64,000 nt of DNA. It comes from Octopus sinensis. Its lineage: Eukaryota. Made by a program: the position numbers and the translations under genes. Positions within the stretch are counted from its first letter, which is position 1; every line of letters starts with the position of its first letter. The notes below the pieces were generated by a model. That model saw only the letters and a program-made list of their open reading frames with translations, did not search any database and was not told the DNA's origin. The stretch covers positions 61,628,001 to 61,692,000 of the forward strand of contig NC_042997.1 in NCBI RefSeq assembly GCF_006345805.1, in the 5' to 3' direction. Below, piece after piece: positions 39,506 through 52,393 of the stretch.

Positions 39506-40732
39506 CAGAAACATCTCCTGTGTTTAGGAAAGAGAGGTAAATGAATCCTCATAAATTGTTAAATAGCAACAAAACTGGTTGGCACTGTTCTTACCCCAAA
39601 CGGCCAAATGCTACATCATGGGCGTAATTTGACAACAAGACTATAAATTTGTGGATGTTAATCTGTATATTTGTGAATATTGTGAATATTGGCTGTGGAG
39701 ATGTAGTTAATGCGTATGTGTGAACGTGAGTATGAGAGATAAACGTAACTCAAGAAAGAGAGGAAAAAGAGGGTGGGAGAAAGAGAAAGAGAGAGAGAGC
39801 ATAACACGATGGATTATAACACAACTTTTGTGAGTGGGGGTAAGTTAGAGATAAAGTGAGAGAATATAATGATATCAGAACATATAATTTTATGGGGAGA
39901 TGGGAGAAGTTAAAAATAGACACGCTTACAAACATAAAGCGATCGATAAAATGAGACGTAAGAAAATCACTTGAAATCTGAGAAAGTAGTAATTATCCGA
40001 ATTGTCAAAAATCAGTTAATTTCATATGGAAAATACGAACAGTGTCTGTACTGGGAGGATAGATAACGTCCGGCATTTTGAGCAAAGCACTTCTAATTTC
40101 TTTGAAGAATTTTGCTGACTGAGAGCAGTGCCGTTTTAAAGAATGGACACACTGAGCAATTAACCGGTGCCCCACAAGTCTAGGAGCTTAATGCTAATCT
40201 ATGTATGCTGCGGCTGTGTAGTGGGGGACACCCAACGTATTGTTCTGAATGGGGACCTTTAATATTCGTGAGACGGTCCTGACTGAGAGACACTATATTA
40301 GTTTAATAAATAGAAAGAGCAGTCGACATTTCCCGTAACCAAATGAAAAGAGCAGATGACATAATACAAGCCAAATGAAAAAAAGTAGACAACGTATCAC
40401 GTTGCCAAATGTAAAGATCAGACGCCATATCTAACGACCAATACACAAAGAAGAAAACGATTTTATTTCGTTTTTATATCATTGACATGACATTTTAATA
40501 CTTGTTATACATTAAACATGTTTAAGTAAAATGTGTTTAAGTAAAATAATTTTTTAAAATGTATTGGTCCATTGTTGACACTCATAAATCAGATATGATC
40601 TATAGTGAGCTTCCAGCCTGTCAGTGTAGCATGGTCTTCCATCAAACGATCCAGTCTTAATATAGATATAGTCTTAATAAACTTTTAAATATTCGGATGT
40701 CATTCCAGTCAAAATATAAGCTTAATACTTAC

Positions 40733-40833
40733 AGAAATCATATGGATCGAGTTCGTAAGGGATGATACCGTTTGTCCAGCGAAACTTATCGTTGCGAACT
40801 GCTTTTCGCCTTTTGCGGATAGGTTCCGATTCT
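40733..40833 (-). CDS. Exon 4: RKRR processing site and start of astacin domain (KAVRNDKFRWTNGIIPYEL)
   Basis: tttttag acceptor, gtaagt donor; 101 nt, phase 2 to 1. Has the astacin W..G.IPY motif. Confidence 0.93.
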
Positions 40834-40940
40834 CTAAAAAGTTGGAAAAATATAAAATAAATGATATAAAATGATATACAGGAAACTGATAGTATACAAA
40901 AGATGAAATGATATATGATATACGTCCTTTGATCTAGTAA

Positions 40941-40974
<34 letters not shown>

Positions 40975-41099
40975 TAAATTAGTTAGTGTGCGAGAGAGGG
41001 AGTATTTATAGACGGTAGACATGCGCAAGCTTCATCCAGTTTTTAGTTGAGCCAAATATCTGTTTGCTTCATGCGCTTGTTTGATGAGGCTAGGGTCAT

Positions 41100-41235
41100 C
41101 AGGCATAGAGCCGACCAGGTTCACAAGTAGTCCTGTGTCAGCCTTTCTGCATCCTCCAAGATGATGTTGAGCCTCTGGAGATCTGCCTTAATCACGTCCA
41201 GCCAGCCAGTGCGGAGCCATGCAATTTGATACAAT
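41100..41235 (-). mobile_element. RTE-type LINE 3' ORF fragment
   Basis: RTGWLDVIKADLQRLNIILEDAERLTQD resembles the RTE C-terminus (GRP...W.D.I..D). Confidence 0.5.
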
Positions 41236-41684
41236 AAAACTTTCCGCGTCCACATAATTAGTATTAGAGAGTTATACTCTTTACTCCTCAAATCCATTGG
41301 CATCGTAACAATTAGTGAATCTAAGATCATTGCGCAACTAAGAAAATTCCTTTTGTTTTTGAACAACTCACTCTAGGTTTTAAACAAATGACAAGATTTT
41401 CTTTTCACATTAGATTCCATTATGGGGTTGAATTAAGGGGAATGTTTAAAATCTATATGTAGGAATTGTTGCATAAATGGTTTCTTCCCTAATGAAGATC
41501 TTATAGTTTCACAGTATGAACGGTCATGCGCTAGGAGGAGTTTTAAGAATTCATTGTTATTTAGTGAAACACGCTTAAGATACTAACTGTTGAAACATAT
41601 TTCAGTACAGTTAATTTTCTAGATATTACTTTAAATTTAGAAATGAATAAATTCTAACCTAACCGAAACCCTAATAAAAAAACT

Positions 41685-41764
<80 letters not shown>

Positions 41765-42479
41765 TATATATGAGAACAGAACACCTCTTCCATCATTTTA
41801 AGCAACTTAGTCCCTAATATTGATAATAACACGCCCTCATTATATTCAAATTATATTCAAATTATATTATATTCAAATTATATTAACCCCTGTTAATTAG
41901 CACTGCTCGTTATAATAACGGGAGTTTGTGTAATAGTAACTTCATGTATAAAAAACAATAAACAATATGCAGCTGCTTTAATGTCTATAAGTGCCAAAAA
42001 TAGATCAAGAAATATTCTGTGTTATACTCTGGTCTTTAGTTTAAATCCCCGTATACAAATAGCCTGAGACTTTTTTCCTTTCTAATGAATCATAAGATAG
42101 CAAGAAATTTTTAATGGAAATGCGAGCAAGGTAAATTGTTATTGTAAAAATTTCACAAACTCTATTAATCTTTTCAATTCCAGGACCATTTTCGACGAAT
42201 AATAGCATAATCTCTTTTATTTCAATCAATTAGCCCCAAACAATTGCCTTCTGGAAGGCAATTATCTTTTAAAATCTCCAATTAATATATTGTATTTTAA
42301 AGTCCAACCAAATGACGGTAACGTTCCTTCTAATCAAATTGGTTAAATGTTTAAAAGTTCACTTTTATCAACATATGAATTTAAGAAAGTGGAAAAAAAA
42401 TTTCTAGGGATTTTTCCTAGTATATACAAGTTTTGAAAGAAAGCCTTGATCTAGTACTCATCTTTAACCTGCTATGCTT

Positions 42480-42770
42480 TGAGATAAATATATTTTTAAA
42501 TACATTTGTAATAAACGAGAGAGAATTTTTAGTATATGACAGAGTATACTGCAGAGTGAAGGAGAATTAAGTTTTCTCGTGACTCGAGTTTCACGCAGTT
42601 ACGATCACCAGGAGACTGCTTCTTTTTTTCCATTTAATCATGTAATTCGATGTTCTATCCTTTAGTTTCCAGATGTAGTCGGCAAATTTCGTTGTGCATA
42701 TTATCTGCATGTTTAATGGACAATGCATGGTTGGAAAGTATTTTCTAAAGCTTAACCTCTATCGTGTTAT
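42480..42770 (-). mobile_element. Penelope-like (GIY-YIG endonuclease C-terminal) remnant
   Basis: TTKFADYIWKLKDRTSNYMIKWKK resembles the PLE motif T.LS.YIW.LK......I.W.I. Confidence 0.45.
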
Positions 42771-43207
42771 GTAATATTTCTATATCATTTTTATACTGGG
42801 TTTATACGACAAAATGGAAAGTTAGAACTAGAAGCAAGCAATGTAATCTGTGCACAGCATGAAGAGGGAACATCAGCAACTAAAATTAGAGAAAATGGAA
42901 AAATGTAAACACTTGAAAAAGTTTCTATTACGTAAGTACAAAGCCCTACATTCACCGTACATAATTCACATAAATTCACGGACATTTGCAATTGCTTCAT
43001 TTTAGACACTATCTTCCTTTCCCTTATAATAGCTTCCACTTCTTATTCCCTACTTTTCCAAGCTCAACTAAGAATATCATCACTCCTACACCCGCATTTT
43101 CATGCTAATATATACATACAGTTACATACCTACCTACTTGTATCATGCATACGTGTGTGTGTGTATATATAATATATATACATATATACATACATACATA
43201 CACGCAT

Positions 43208-43247
<40 letters not shown>

Positions 43248-43314
43248 ACACACACACACACCACACACACACACACACAACACACACACACACACACACA
43301 CACAACACACACAC

Positions 43315-43352
<38 letters not shown>

Positions 43353-43406
43353 AGCAAATGAGTTTTCTAGTTTTCTGCACTTTAATGATTGAATATATAT
43401 ACTCAC

Positions 43407-43509
43407 GTGTTTGGAACTTCATACAAATCGTTGAACTGCTCAATATTCAACATCATATCCAGTTCAGCAAGGATCGATCCATTTGCACCGACAATGCTGT
43501 TGGCAGCCT
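43407..43509 (-). CDS. Exon 3: propeptide with ELDMMLNIEQ (aspartate-switch-like motif)
   Basis: tttcag acceptor, gtgagt donor; 103 nt, phase 1 to 2. Motif resembles the astacin propeptide FEGDI/ELDM motif. Confidence 0.9.
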
Positions 43510-45099
43510 CTGAAATGATATTGAATTATGATAGAGGCGACTCTGAGCATTTTGCAATATTTTGTTATTAAAATTTTTAAACCTTTTATATTAAATGAAG
43601 TTTGCAGATGAACGCTGCTGTTTAGCCTGAAGCAGTCTAAAACAAGTAAACCCATGATGAAAAGCATTCCAGTCGCAACCACCTCGTCTTTTTTTTCCCA
43701 GGTTTATACGACTGTGGGTATCAGAATCGAGAGAGTGTAAGACAAAATATCTTGCAATTATTTGATCTTGTGCATTCCTTTATTTTTTAGCTTAAATCCC
43801 GCCCATATCTATTTTGCCTGCCTTGATTTTAAAATCAATAATAAAAGAGCCAGTCATAGGGCGAATCTAGATATATATTACTATCTCAGTTTATCCACAG
43901 TCCAATTAATGAAAGCAATAAAACAATATATGGATAAAGTTGTAAAGACAGTATTTTCAGTTGGAAAACATCTTTAACATATACTGTTAGAAAATACTCG
44001 ATTCCTAACATGTGCTGTTATATAAAAGTCATGATTGTTGATTAACTCCGGCTCGGCCCTGATTGAACAGACATATGGCTAAAGATATTTCAGTTACAAC
44101 CATGGGCTTTAAAAAAAAACCCCATCCTTTCCTTTCACCAAGTATGGAAGTTCTTAAAAACACTTGAGCGCTTCCTCTCCGCTAGTGACTAAGTTGTTGA
44201 AAACAACGGTCATCATGACATTTTTTTCCGAACTACAACGGACTCACATCAAATGTGTCCCACTTTTCGAGCATATTACGTTCAGATTTGTAGGAAAGTT
44301 GGTTGCTTTTCTATCAAGTCGGGCAATGACGTGGAATTATAAAAGGGATATTAGGCAACGGTGCTTGAAGTTTTAAAAAAAGACATCTTAAGAAGATCTA
44401 CATTTTAGAAAGAATATCTTAAAATTGAGTTGGTTGAGAGTTCTATAATCACAATTATTAATTCTGTGTTTTATCCAGAGGTGTGGCTTCCATACCAAAT
44501 TAGCAGGAACAGTTATTTATCGTTGTAAAGTTTCCTTTTCTAGTCATACCGACTCGTAAAGGGTCGGTTTACCGGTTTTTGTGGCGTATATATTCCCCAC
44601 CTAGACGGGATACCGGTCCGTCGTAGGATTACCCATTTTTGCCAGCTTAGTGGACTGGAGCAATATGAAATTAAATGCTTTGCTCAAGAACACAGCGTGT
44701 TGCCCGGTCCAGGAATCGAAACCAAAATCTTACGATCATGAGTCCAACATTCGAACAACTAAGCCACTCACCTCCACTCTCTATAAATTCCTATACAATT
44801 TCAACGCGCGTCGCACACGCACACACATACATAATACGTACATACATACATCTTTTTCCTACATTCTCCCTACTAAACATAAAATTTATACCGTATTCTT
44901 TGTACTTTGTTATTTTTGAGTTATTCTTTCTGTCTCTAAAAGTTTTTTTTAACACACACACACACAGATTCTCCATAGGGACTAACCTTACTCACAATGC
45001 TGTCTTTGTAGCCATAGACAGTAAAACACTATTATATCTCTTAACGACGTTTTCTGTTCACTAATTTTAAGTCATAGTTGTTGATACTATTTAATAAAT

Positions 45100-46330
45100 C
45101 ACACTGAAAATCTAAATTACTAACAAAAGTGACGATAACTGTTCCTCTTTATTGTACCAGATGAAATGCTTCTCACAATATTATGCCAAGAACCTCTACC
45201 CCCCCTCTCCATTAACTTTGATACACACTCGATTTCATGTTCCGTGTGTCTATCAATAATACAGATGTAGAGGAATGATTTTCTTCTTCGATTATGGTAT
45301 GCTCTGTTGCTCGGCATGATAGCGATGACAAGCAATAATAGCAAACATGGGTGGGGTATCTAAATCTTTTGCTTGGTCTTGTATTAACGTCATGAGAATG
45401 TTTTGAGTCCTCATGAGAAATGTATGTAGTGTAAGTACCATCAAGACGATCATGAAGTACCTTCTTCAAAGTCTAGATTTTTCAGTTCCTTAGAGAAGAA
45501 TGCTCTATGGACATTCTCTGAAGAAAGTACGATCTATTGACTTTAAAATACTTTATTGCTAAAAATTTTGAAGCGTGTTAAAAGTATTCCATGATTGGTC
45601 ATTCCGTGTAAAGAAGTATTTCTTACTTTCAGCAATGTAGGACCCAAGTTGGACTCCTTGGCACAAATTGGCAGGAGGCTTTCATCTCTATTGATGGTCA
45701 TGTGTGCAATCTTCTTTACATTGAGATACAGACTGACCCCAGGCTGCAGATTTCTGAAAGAATTGTGCTGTGAAGTAATGTCATCAATATAGTGAAACTC
45801 GGATAGAGACACCATACATCCTCTATTGACGTATTCATCACTTCTGATTGATGATGAGGTATTTATCATAGATGGCAGTCCAGACTTTGCTTGTAGATGT
45901 AGTCAACTTCAAACCCAAAGAGAAAATAAGCTAGTGTATTTCCTTGATGGATTCCTGCCGTTGTTTGAAACTCTTTAGTCGGACCGTTTGTGATTTGCAC
46001 AAAGCTTGAGGGATACCATGGCTCAACAAGATGTATGACAAAACCTCTCTATTAACACTGTCAAAAGCCTTGGAAATATTCGCAAATACGACTGTTACCT
46101 TTTGCTTGAAAATTCTGAGCTCTTCTATAATTCTTCTAAGTGCAAGGTTCTGTGGTAGTGTGTATCGAGCTTTGTAATAACCGTTTTGGTTTCGTGTGAC
46201 AGGAGATTCTATTAAGGAACATACATTTTCAGGATTTTGAGTCCGGAGTCTTAGGCTATCATAATTTTAGTATATCATTACTATATATCAAATAAGCTGA
46301 CGTGCCACGTTTTTGTTATCCACGTTTTGC
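45100..46330 (-). mobile_element. RTE-clade LINE reverse-transcriptase fragment, decayed
   Basis: VFANISKAFDSVNRE, GIHQGNTLAYFLF, FHYIDD and RLDGTYT motifs in broken frames. Confidence 0.8.
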
Positions 46331-46784
46331 AACAGTAATTTGAATACATTCTGTTAAACACTGTTTGTCACCGATGAATAGTTTGCAGAATGCAGCCAGG
46401 ACGTTTGGAAGCTCGCTATGCAATAACGATTTGTGCTAAATTGGACACGAATAACATGTATTTAGATGTGCAACCTTACAATGCAGCTATGTATATATGT
46501 TTATATCTACTTATATGTGAATGTATGAATATATGTATATATGTGTATATATATGTGTGTGTGTATGTATGTGTGTGCATGTTTTTGTGTGTGTGCGCGT
46601 GCATATATTTGTGAGTGTGTGTGTCTATCTGCGTGTGTATCTGGGTCTACGTATGTATCTATATAATCTATATGTATGTGTGTATGTATGTATGTAAATA
46701 TGTGTGTGTGTATTTACATATATGTGTTTGTATGCATATGTATATGAATATATGTGTATGTGTGTATGCATATATATGTGTGTG

Positions 46785-46890
<106 letters not shown>

Positions 46891-47109
46891 TATATGTACC
46901 GCTATCTGTCTGTATGTATATGCATGAATATAAAACTACTTGACTAAGTGCTGATCTTCCTTTCTATTTTCTTTTTCCTCTAAGCAGTTATGACAGCAAA
47001 AACTGATTAGGTATTTCTATCTAAACTGGAACGCATGATTTCCACGTTCATATTTGAATTATTTGTGTTTCTGTAATATTATTTGCTTTTATTTATTCCT
47101 TAACTTGTA

Positions 47110-47255
47110 GGGCATATAACAACGAGCCAGCCGACTCTAAAAGTTTGTAGTGAGACATATCTTTATCGATGTACCTGATTAGACCCAGACTGATGGGTCG
47201 AAAATATGTTGTACCCAATAAAGGTTTAATACTGAATCCATCTCCTGTTAATTAA
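47110..47255 (+). mobile_element. Degenerate Penelope-like terminal repeat with decayed minimal hammerhead motif
   Basis: GTAC-CTGATTA-GACCCA(GACTGA)TGGGTC-GAAAATATGTT-GTAC at 47171-47214, followed by AATAAA. The core has a G-to-T change. Confidence 0.45.
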
Positions 47256-47261
47256 TATTAT

Positions 47262-47293
<32 letters not shown>

Positions 47294-47456
47294 TGTATGT
47301 ATGTATGTATGTATGTATGTATGTATGCAGGTAGTAAGTAGGCAGGTAGGTGAGCGGTGGATAGGTTTAAATTTTCTCTGCGTATGTTTGGATAAATAGG
47401 TTGGCAACCACGTCTGTAGAATCTCTCTCACTCTCTCTCTACCTATCTCTCTCTAC

Positions 47457-47487
<31 letters not shown>

Positions 47488-47546
47488 ATGTGTGTATGTG
47501 CATGTGTGTCTTTAACACTAAAACAGCAAAGTTTAATGACACTTAC

Positions 47547-47703
47547 TTCCGATTCCACCGAGTGCTCCCGTAATCAGCTGGTCAATTGATTTATTGCTGT
47601 ATGGCCCTATTATACCAATTCCTTCTTTACTAATTTGGTAATTCTTGCCAATGTCTGATGGGGGCAAAGGAACGGTGAAGCCTGGTTGACAATAATACAC
47701 CAC
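47547..47703 (-). CDS. Exon 2: end of signal peptide and propeptide (VVYYCQPG...SIDQLITGALGGIG)
   Basis: Polypyrimidine tract + cag acceptor, gtaagt donor; 157 nt, phase 0 to 1. Confidence 0.87.
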
Positions 47704-47935
47704 CTGTGAAAAACAAACAAAAAAACTTTTGCTCATGATTGTATAGTTACACAAGAATACGAATAAAAGTACAATTTGTAAGAGACATGATTTGGAATTG
47801 TTAATATTCGTGCCTTTCTCAGACGACGCGCATGGGAGGCGGGGCAATATTCTATGCCATCAAGTGTCAAAACTGTGTTGTGGATTTGGCTCACCAGGAG
47901 TTTACATCTACTCTACAGTTTTTACTAAGTTTGAA

Positions 47936-48295
47936 TCTCTCTATATATAAACGGCAAAATGTCTGCGTGTGTGTCCTTTATACAAATTCACAATTTTTCA
48001 GTTAGAGGGCTTGCACTTTCTATGGTCATTCAAAACCGTCCAAGGGTGGTCGTGCACATCTTTACATTTCCCTAGTCACCCAACAAAGCCATTAAAAAAT
48101 CAATAGAAGTAACTTTTTTGTGAATTTTCTATCCAAAACCCAATCAAAATGCCCGAAACTTGATACGCCAATTGAATACCAGCTAGCTGTATGTGATTGG
48201 TCGGAGATTTGGACAGTACTCGCGTGTATGTGCGCACGCAGCTATATATGCATGAAATAGCATTATGACCCGGCGTTGCCGGGCCATAGTGCTAG
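47936..48295 (+). mobile_element. Non-autonomous Helitron
   Basis: 5' TC (a|tctctctatatataaac), 3' hairpin cccggcgttgccggg then CTAG, inserted between A and T. Confidence 0.8.
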
Positions 48296-48308
48296 TTATT
48301 ATTAATTT

Positions 48309-48880
48309 TGTAGCAGAAATATGTAATGCTTTTGTATGCTTGGTCGTTTAAGCTTAAATACCGCAGAGTGGGCTCATCACACCTTTTCTTTCCATCGAGT
48401 CACATGATCCAGTGGCTTGCAAAACTAATTGCATGTATTGGTCAATTATTAACTGTCCAATCGCCTGTTTGCAACAGTTTGTTTTCAACGCGGTAAAGAC
48501 CGCTTTGTCTCTGGAGCCTACTCAGGGTTATAAAAACCCTTGTATTCTGCCTCGCTTCGTCTTTGGCAGCAGCCATTGACCGCACATCACGTCTCTATTG
48601 GACCTGAGCCAATGAACCAGATACCAGCCGGTTTCGCAGCATTCTTCAACCAGCCATCGCCTATCTTTGTCGTTGCAGCAACGGACAGCAGACCATAGCC
48701 ACATCAACAGACGCTGCAGAACTGAAGTCTTTTGAATGTTTGTGCCAGACTGTTATATTAACATCATTCGCCTTTGGCAATCATCTATTTTTATAACGAG
48801 AGGAATAAACCGTCGCTTACTCAACTTACTCAAATCTTATCGTTTCTTCTTTCCCGTTATAGTTACTTATATAAGCACAA
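48309..48880 (+). mobile_element. Possible solo LTR
   Basis: Starts TG; has a TATAAAA box at ~48530 and AATAAA at ~48804; could end in CA near 48879. No target-site duplication confirmed. Confidence 0.3.
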
Positions 48881-49034
48881 CTTCAGAGATTTAGAAAAGA
48901 GCAAACCTGTGACGGTGGACCTTATGTTCAGTTTATATGTGATGCAATTTACTTTTAGTTTAAACTTCTGTTGAATGAATCCCACATTCATTGTCTGCCA
49001 ATCAATCAGATAGCCTTTTGGGGTTGCCTTAAAA

Positions 49035-49181
49035 CAGTAGTTTCTAACGTTTTTGTGTCATTGACACCCTATCTTTCTTTTATCATTTGTCAGTAGTGTA
49101 ATTTTAGTGTAATTTTCACGATACCCCCAACAACTGTTTACAACAGATTAGGATGTCGTAATACGCCGGTTGGCAACCACT
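49035..49181. mobile_element. hAT-type MITE candidate
   Basis: Ends cagtagtttctaac / ggttggcaaccact resemble CAGTGGTTCCCAAC-type TIRs. Confidence 0.4.
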
Positions 49182-52100
49182 TCTGTAGAATCTCTCTCCC
49201 CTCTCTCTCTCTCTCCTGTATGTGTGTATGTGCATGTGTGTGTTTAACAGCTGTTCTGTTCTATGCACTCATGTGTTCTAATGTGGGTCGCATTTGTGCC
49301 TTTGCGTGTTACTTCCTATGCTTGAACATTCAACAATTTATAAAATACTTCAACAGCATGAAATCCTCTTCCACAATTTCACGTTAGTCTTCGTATAAAT
49401 GGAATGAGTTCCAAAGACTATAGCTCCAAGCCTTTCTCATAGGATAGACAGGCATAAAAAGAAATATTTTCAATTTTTTAACATACTTTAAAGTGTGTAA
49501 AACAATCTCTGCAGAAATTCTGTTTAGTAACATAATGCTTATGTCACCCCCTGCAGATTGAATGTATATGGGAAACTATCATATGTTAAAGTTTTAACGT
49601 CTGTCCTGTTTATGCAACGCAGACGAGACATAGATAGGCCGTTAATGAGGACTGAAAGCAACAGTGATTCAAAAAAGCAATTAATAACCACTTCCTACCA
49701 CAAAAAAAACCAACGACTACATAATCTTCCCCAACTCTAGCATCATCACTATTGCCATTAACAACAGAGACAAAACAACGAGGGAGTCTATAAGTAATCA
49801 CTAGAGATGTTGTAACTAGTAGTCAAATTTCCTCCCGTTTTAAAAATGGAAAGACCCATTGGATATTACAGGCTAGCAAAGTGACGGGTAAGTCACAGCC
49901 GAAACCCTTATAGTCAATAACAACGAGAAGCTTCTAATACAGTTAATCGACCTGTTAGAAATAGCAGTCTAATCTTCCTAAATAACGTACTAAAGAATGA
50001 AAGGACTCAGATGATAATGTCCTTTCTGATATACAAAGATCAAGATGGTTAGGTCATGTTGGGAATGTCTTTGATCAAGGTTTGCTGTGGAGCAAACAGC
50101 AACGTAAACAACCACAGTAGCAGCACCAACAACATCAGTTCTAATAACTCAGATGGCAAGAACTTTCAGTTTAAAACCAAAGGGTGTTAGGAGTGAGGAT
50201 GAAATAGATAAACGAGCAGAAAATAATAAGAACGAGCCAAAAGGTAATTTCCACTATCACTTGACTTGGTAGAAACAGCAGCCAAATTTCCTCAAAACCT
50301 AACATACAGTCTTTGAAAAAATTATGTATAACGTAGTCCTAAATATGCAAAATAAAGAGAACATGAGACGGTCAAAGTTGGAATGCCTTTGATCACGAGT
50401 CTGCTCTATAATAAGCAGTAGCGTGGTTTGGGATGATGGTAAGCGATGGGAACGGCCGCCCAGGGCGGCGCTTTTATGGAGGCAACGTTTTTGGATCTAT
50501 TTTATTAGCCTGTATGGGGGCGTGGGGCTAGGGCGTAAAACTCAAGAACTGCCCAGGATGGCACATGCTCTACAACAGTGACTATGACTATCATTCCGTC
50601 GGTTACGACGACGAGTGTTCCAGTTGATCCGATCAACAACCTGCTCGAGAAATTAACGTCCAAGTGGCTGAGCACTCCACAAACACAAGTACCCTCAACG
50701 CAATTCTCGTGGAGATTCAGCGTGACTCAGAATGTAAAAAGCCGACTCTTTGAATTACAGATATAACTCATATTTGCCAGCTGAGTGGACTGGAGCAACG
50801 TGTAATAAAATTTCTTGCTGAAGTGCACAACGCATCGCCAGACATCGAACTTACGACCGTCAGGTCGTGAGCCGAATACGTTAACCACTAAGCCAGGCGC
50901 CTTCACTACTCTGCAATAGTATAGTAAAAACAAAATAACTTGAGTGGATACAAATCAGCACACTAAATATATATACAGTAATTTTTTTTTACATATATAG
51001 TATAGTGAGTTGAAAATCTTCGAGTAATCAAAGTTATCCAAGCAATTAGTAAACTTCTGTGTATTTTTATTATCCGCTGGGTTTAATTTTGCTGTTAAGC
51101 TTTTTGAAGAGGGTGAGGTAAGAACAATAGTCAAGTACCAGTCAAGTATTGAGATCGATACAGTTCATTGTGTGGATGGCAGTTCTTCGTTTCCGAAAAT
51201 CACGAGAAGGAGCTAAAATTCCAGAAATGGCGATGTAAACCGATTCTTGAATGACAGGTTTTGGTACACATGGAACAAATATTCTCCCTACCGACATTAT
51301 AGTTTTAAAATGAAAGCCAATTTTCACAATCCAATCTCACTCTTCAGACTTGGAGGTCTGACCACAGAGGCTCAGTGGGCAAAGGCGGCTGCGGTGAACA
51401 GCTGGTTGTAGGCTTTACATTGGAGTGGCCTTGTCCTAAGTGAATCGCTTGACAGGGCTGTAGAGTTCCACCTACTTTAGATATTCCTCTATAGATAGTC
51501 CATATAACCCTAAAATATATAGCATCTATGTTAGAAGTCAGTGTTTTCGGAGAATAAAATATGCACCTAAGTACAATGTTGTATTTAATTAAAGTCCTTT
51601 TACAGTCTTAATTTCAATCCCGTTAGCGTTAACTTTGCCTTTTATCCTTACATGATCAATATGTATTTCCAACAGATACAAAGCTCAAGTATTTGACTGG
51701 CACTTTATCAACCCCGAAAGAATTAACAACAAAAATAAACTCGGCAGAATTTAAACTCAGACCGTAAGGGTGGGAACCAAATAATTATAACCATCTGAGC
51801 GACCTCCTAATGATTTCAATTCACCGCGCTCAGTTATCATTAATGGTTTCTGATTTAGGCACAAGGGTAGAAATTTTAAGAAGAGGTATTAGTTGTTTCT
51901 ATCGATCTCAATAACTGAATAAGTACCATAATGTATTTAGTTAGGCAGTTTTATATTCGTAATTTCTATCACGTCTATGTTGACTTCTTTTAACCTTCCC
52001 CGATTAATAAAATTAAAACTAGTCAAGTAAAGTACTGAGGTCGATTCAATCGATGGCTTTCTCTTGCAAAATTTGCAGCATTTGACAAGGCAATGACCTT

Positions 52101-52290
52101 CAGAAATTATATTTAGTATTTATTTAATAGATTGCGTGAAAAGTAATTTGTTCTCAAGGGCACATACAATATCATCACACAGGATGTATATATTTATGTT
52201 TCACGTCCCTGACCTCAGCACTATTTCACAATCATTTTTTTTCTTTTTTTTCAGAATGTCTGCCTTTTCATCACTTTCTTTTCTTTCTCA

Positions 52291-52393
<103 letters not shown>

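Noticed and set aside
38738-39540. Cys/Val-rich and His/Thr-rich ORFs that look like metallothionein or His-rich proteins
   Set aside because: Translations of (TG)n/(CA)n compound repeats.
42790-42890. Signal-peptide-like MFPLHAVHRLHCLLLVLTFHFVV on the minus strand
   Set aside because: It lies downstream of exons 2-3, ends in a stop and has only a weak donor. The exon at 55708-55749 fits exon 2 in phase and sequence.
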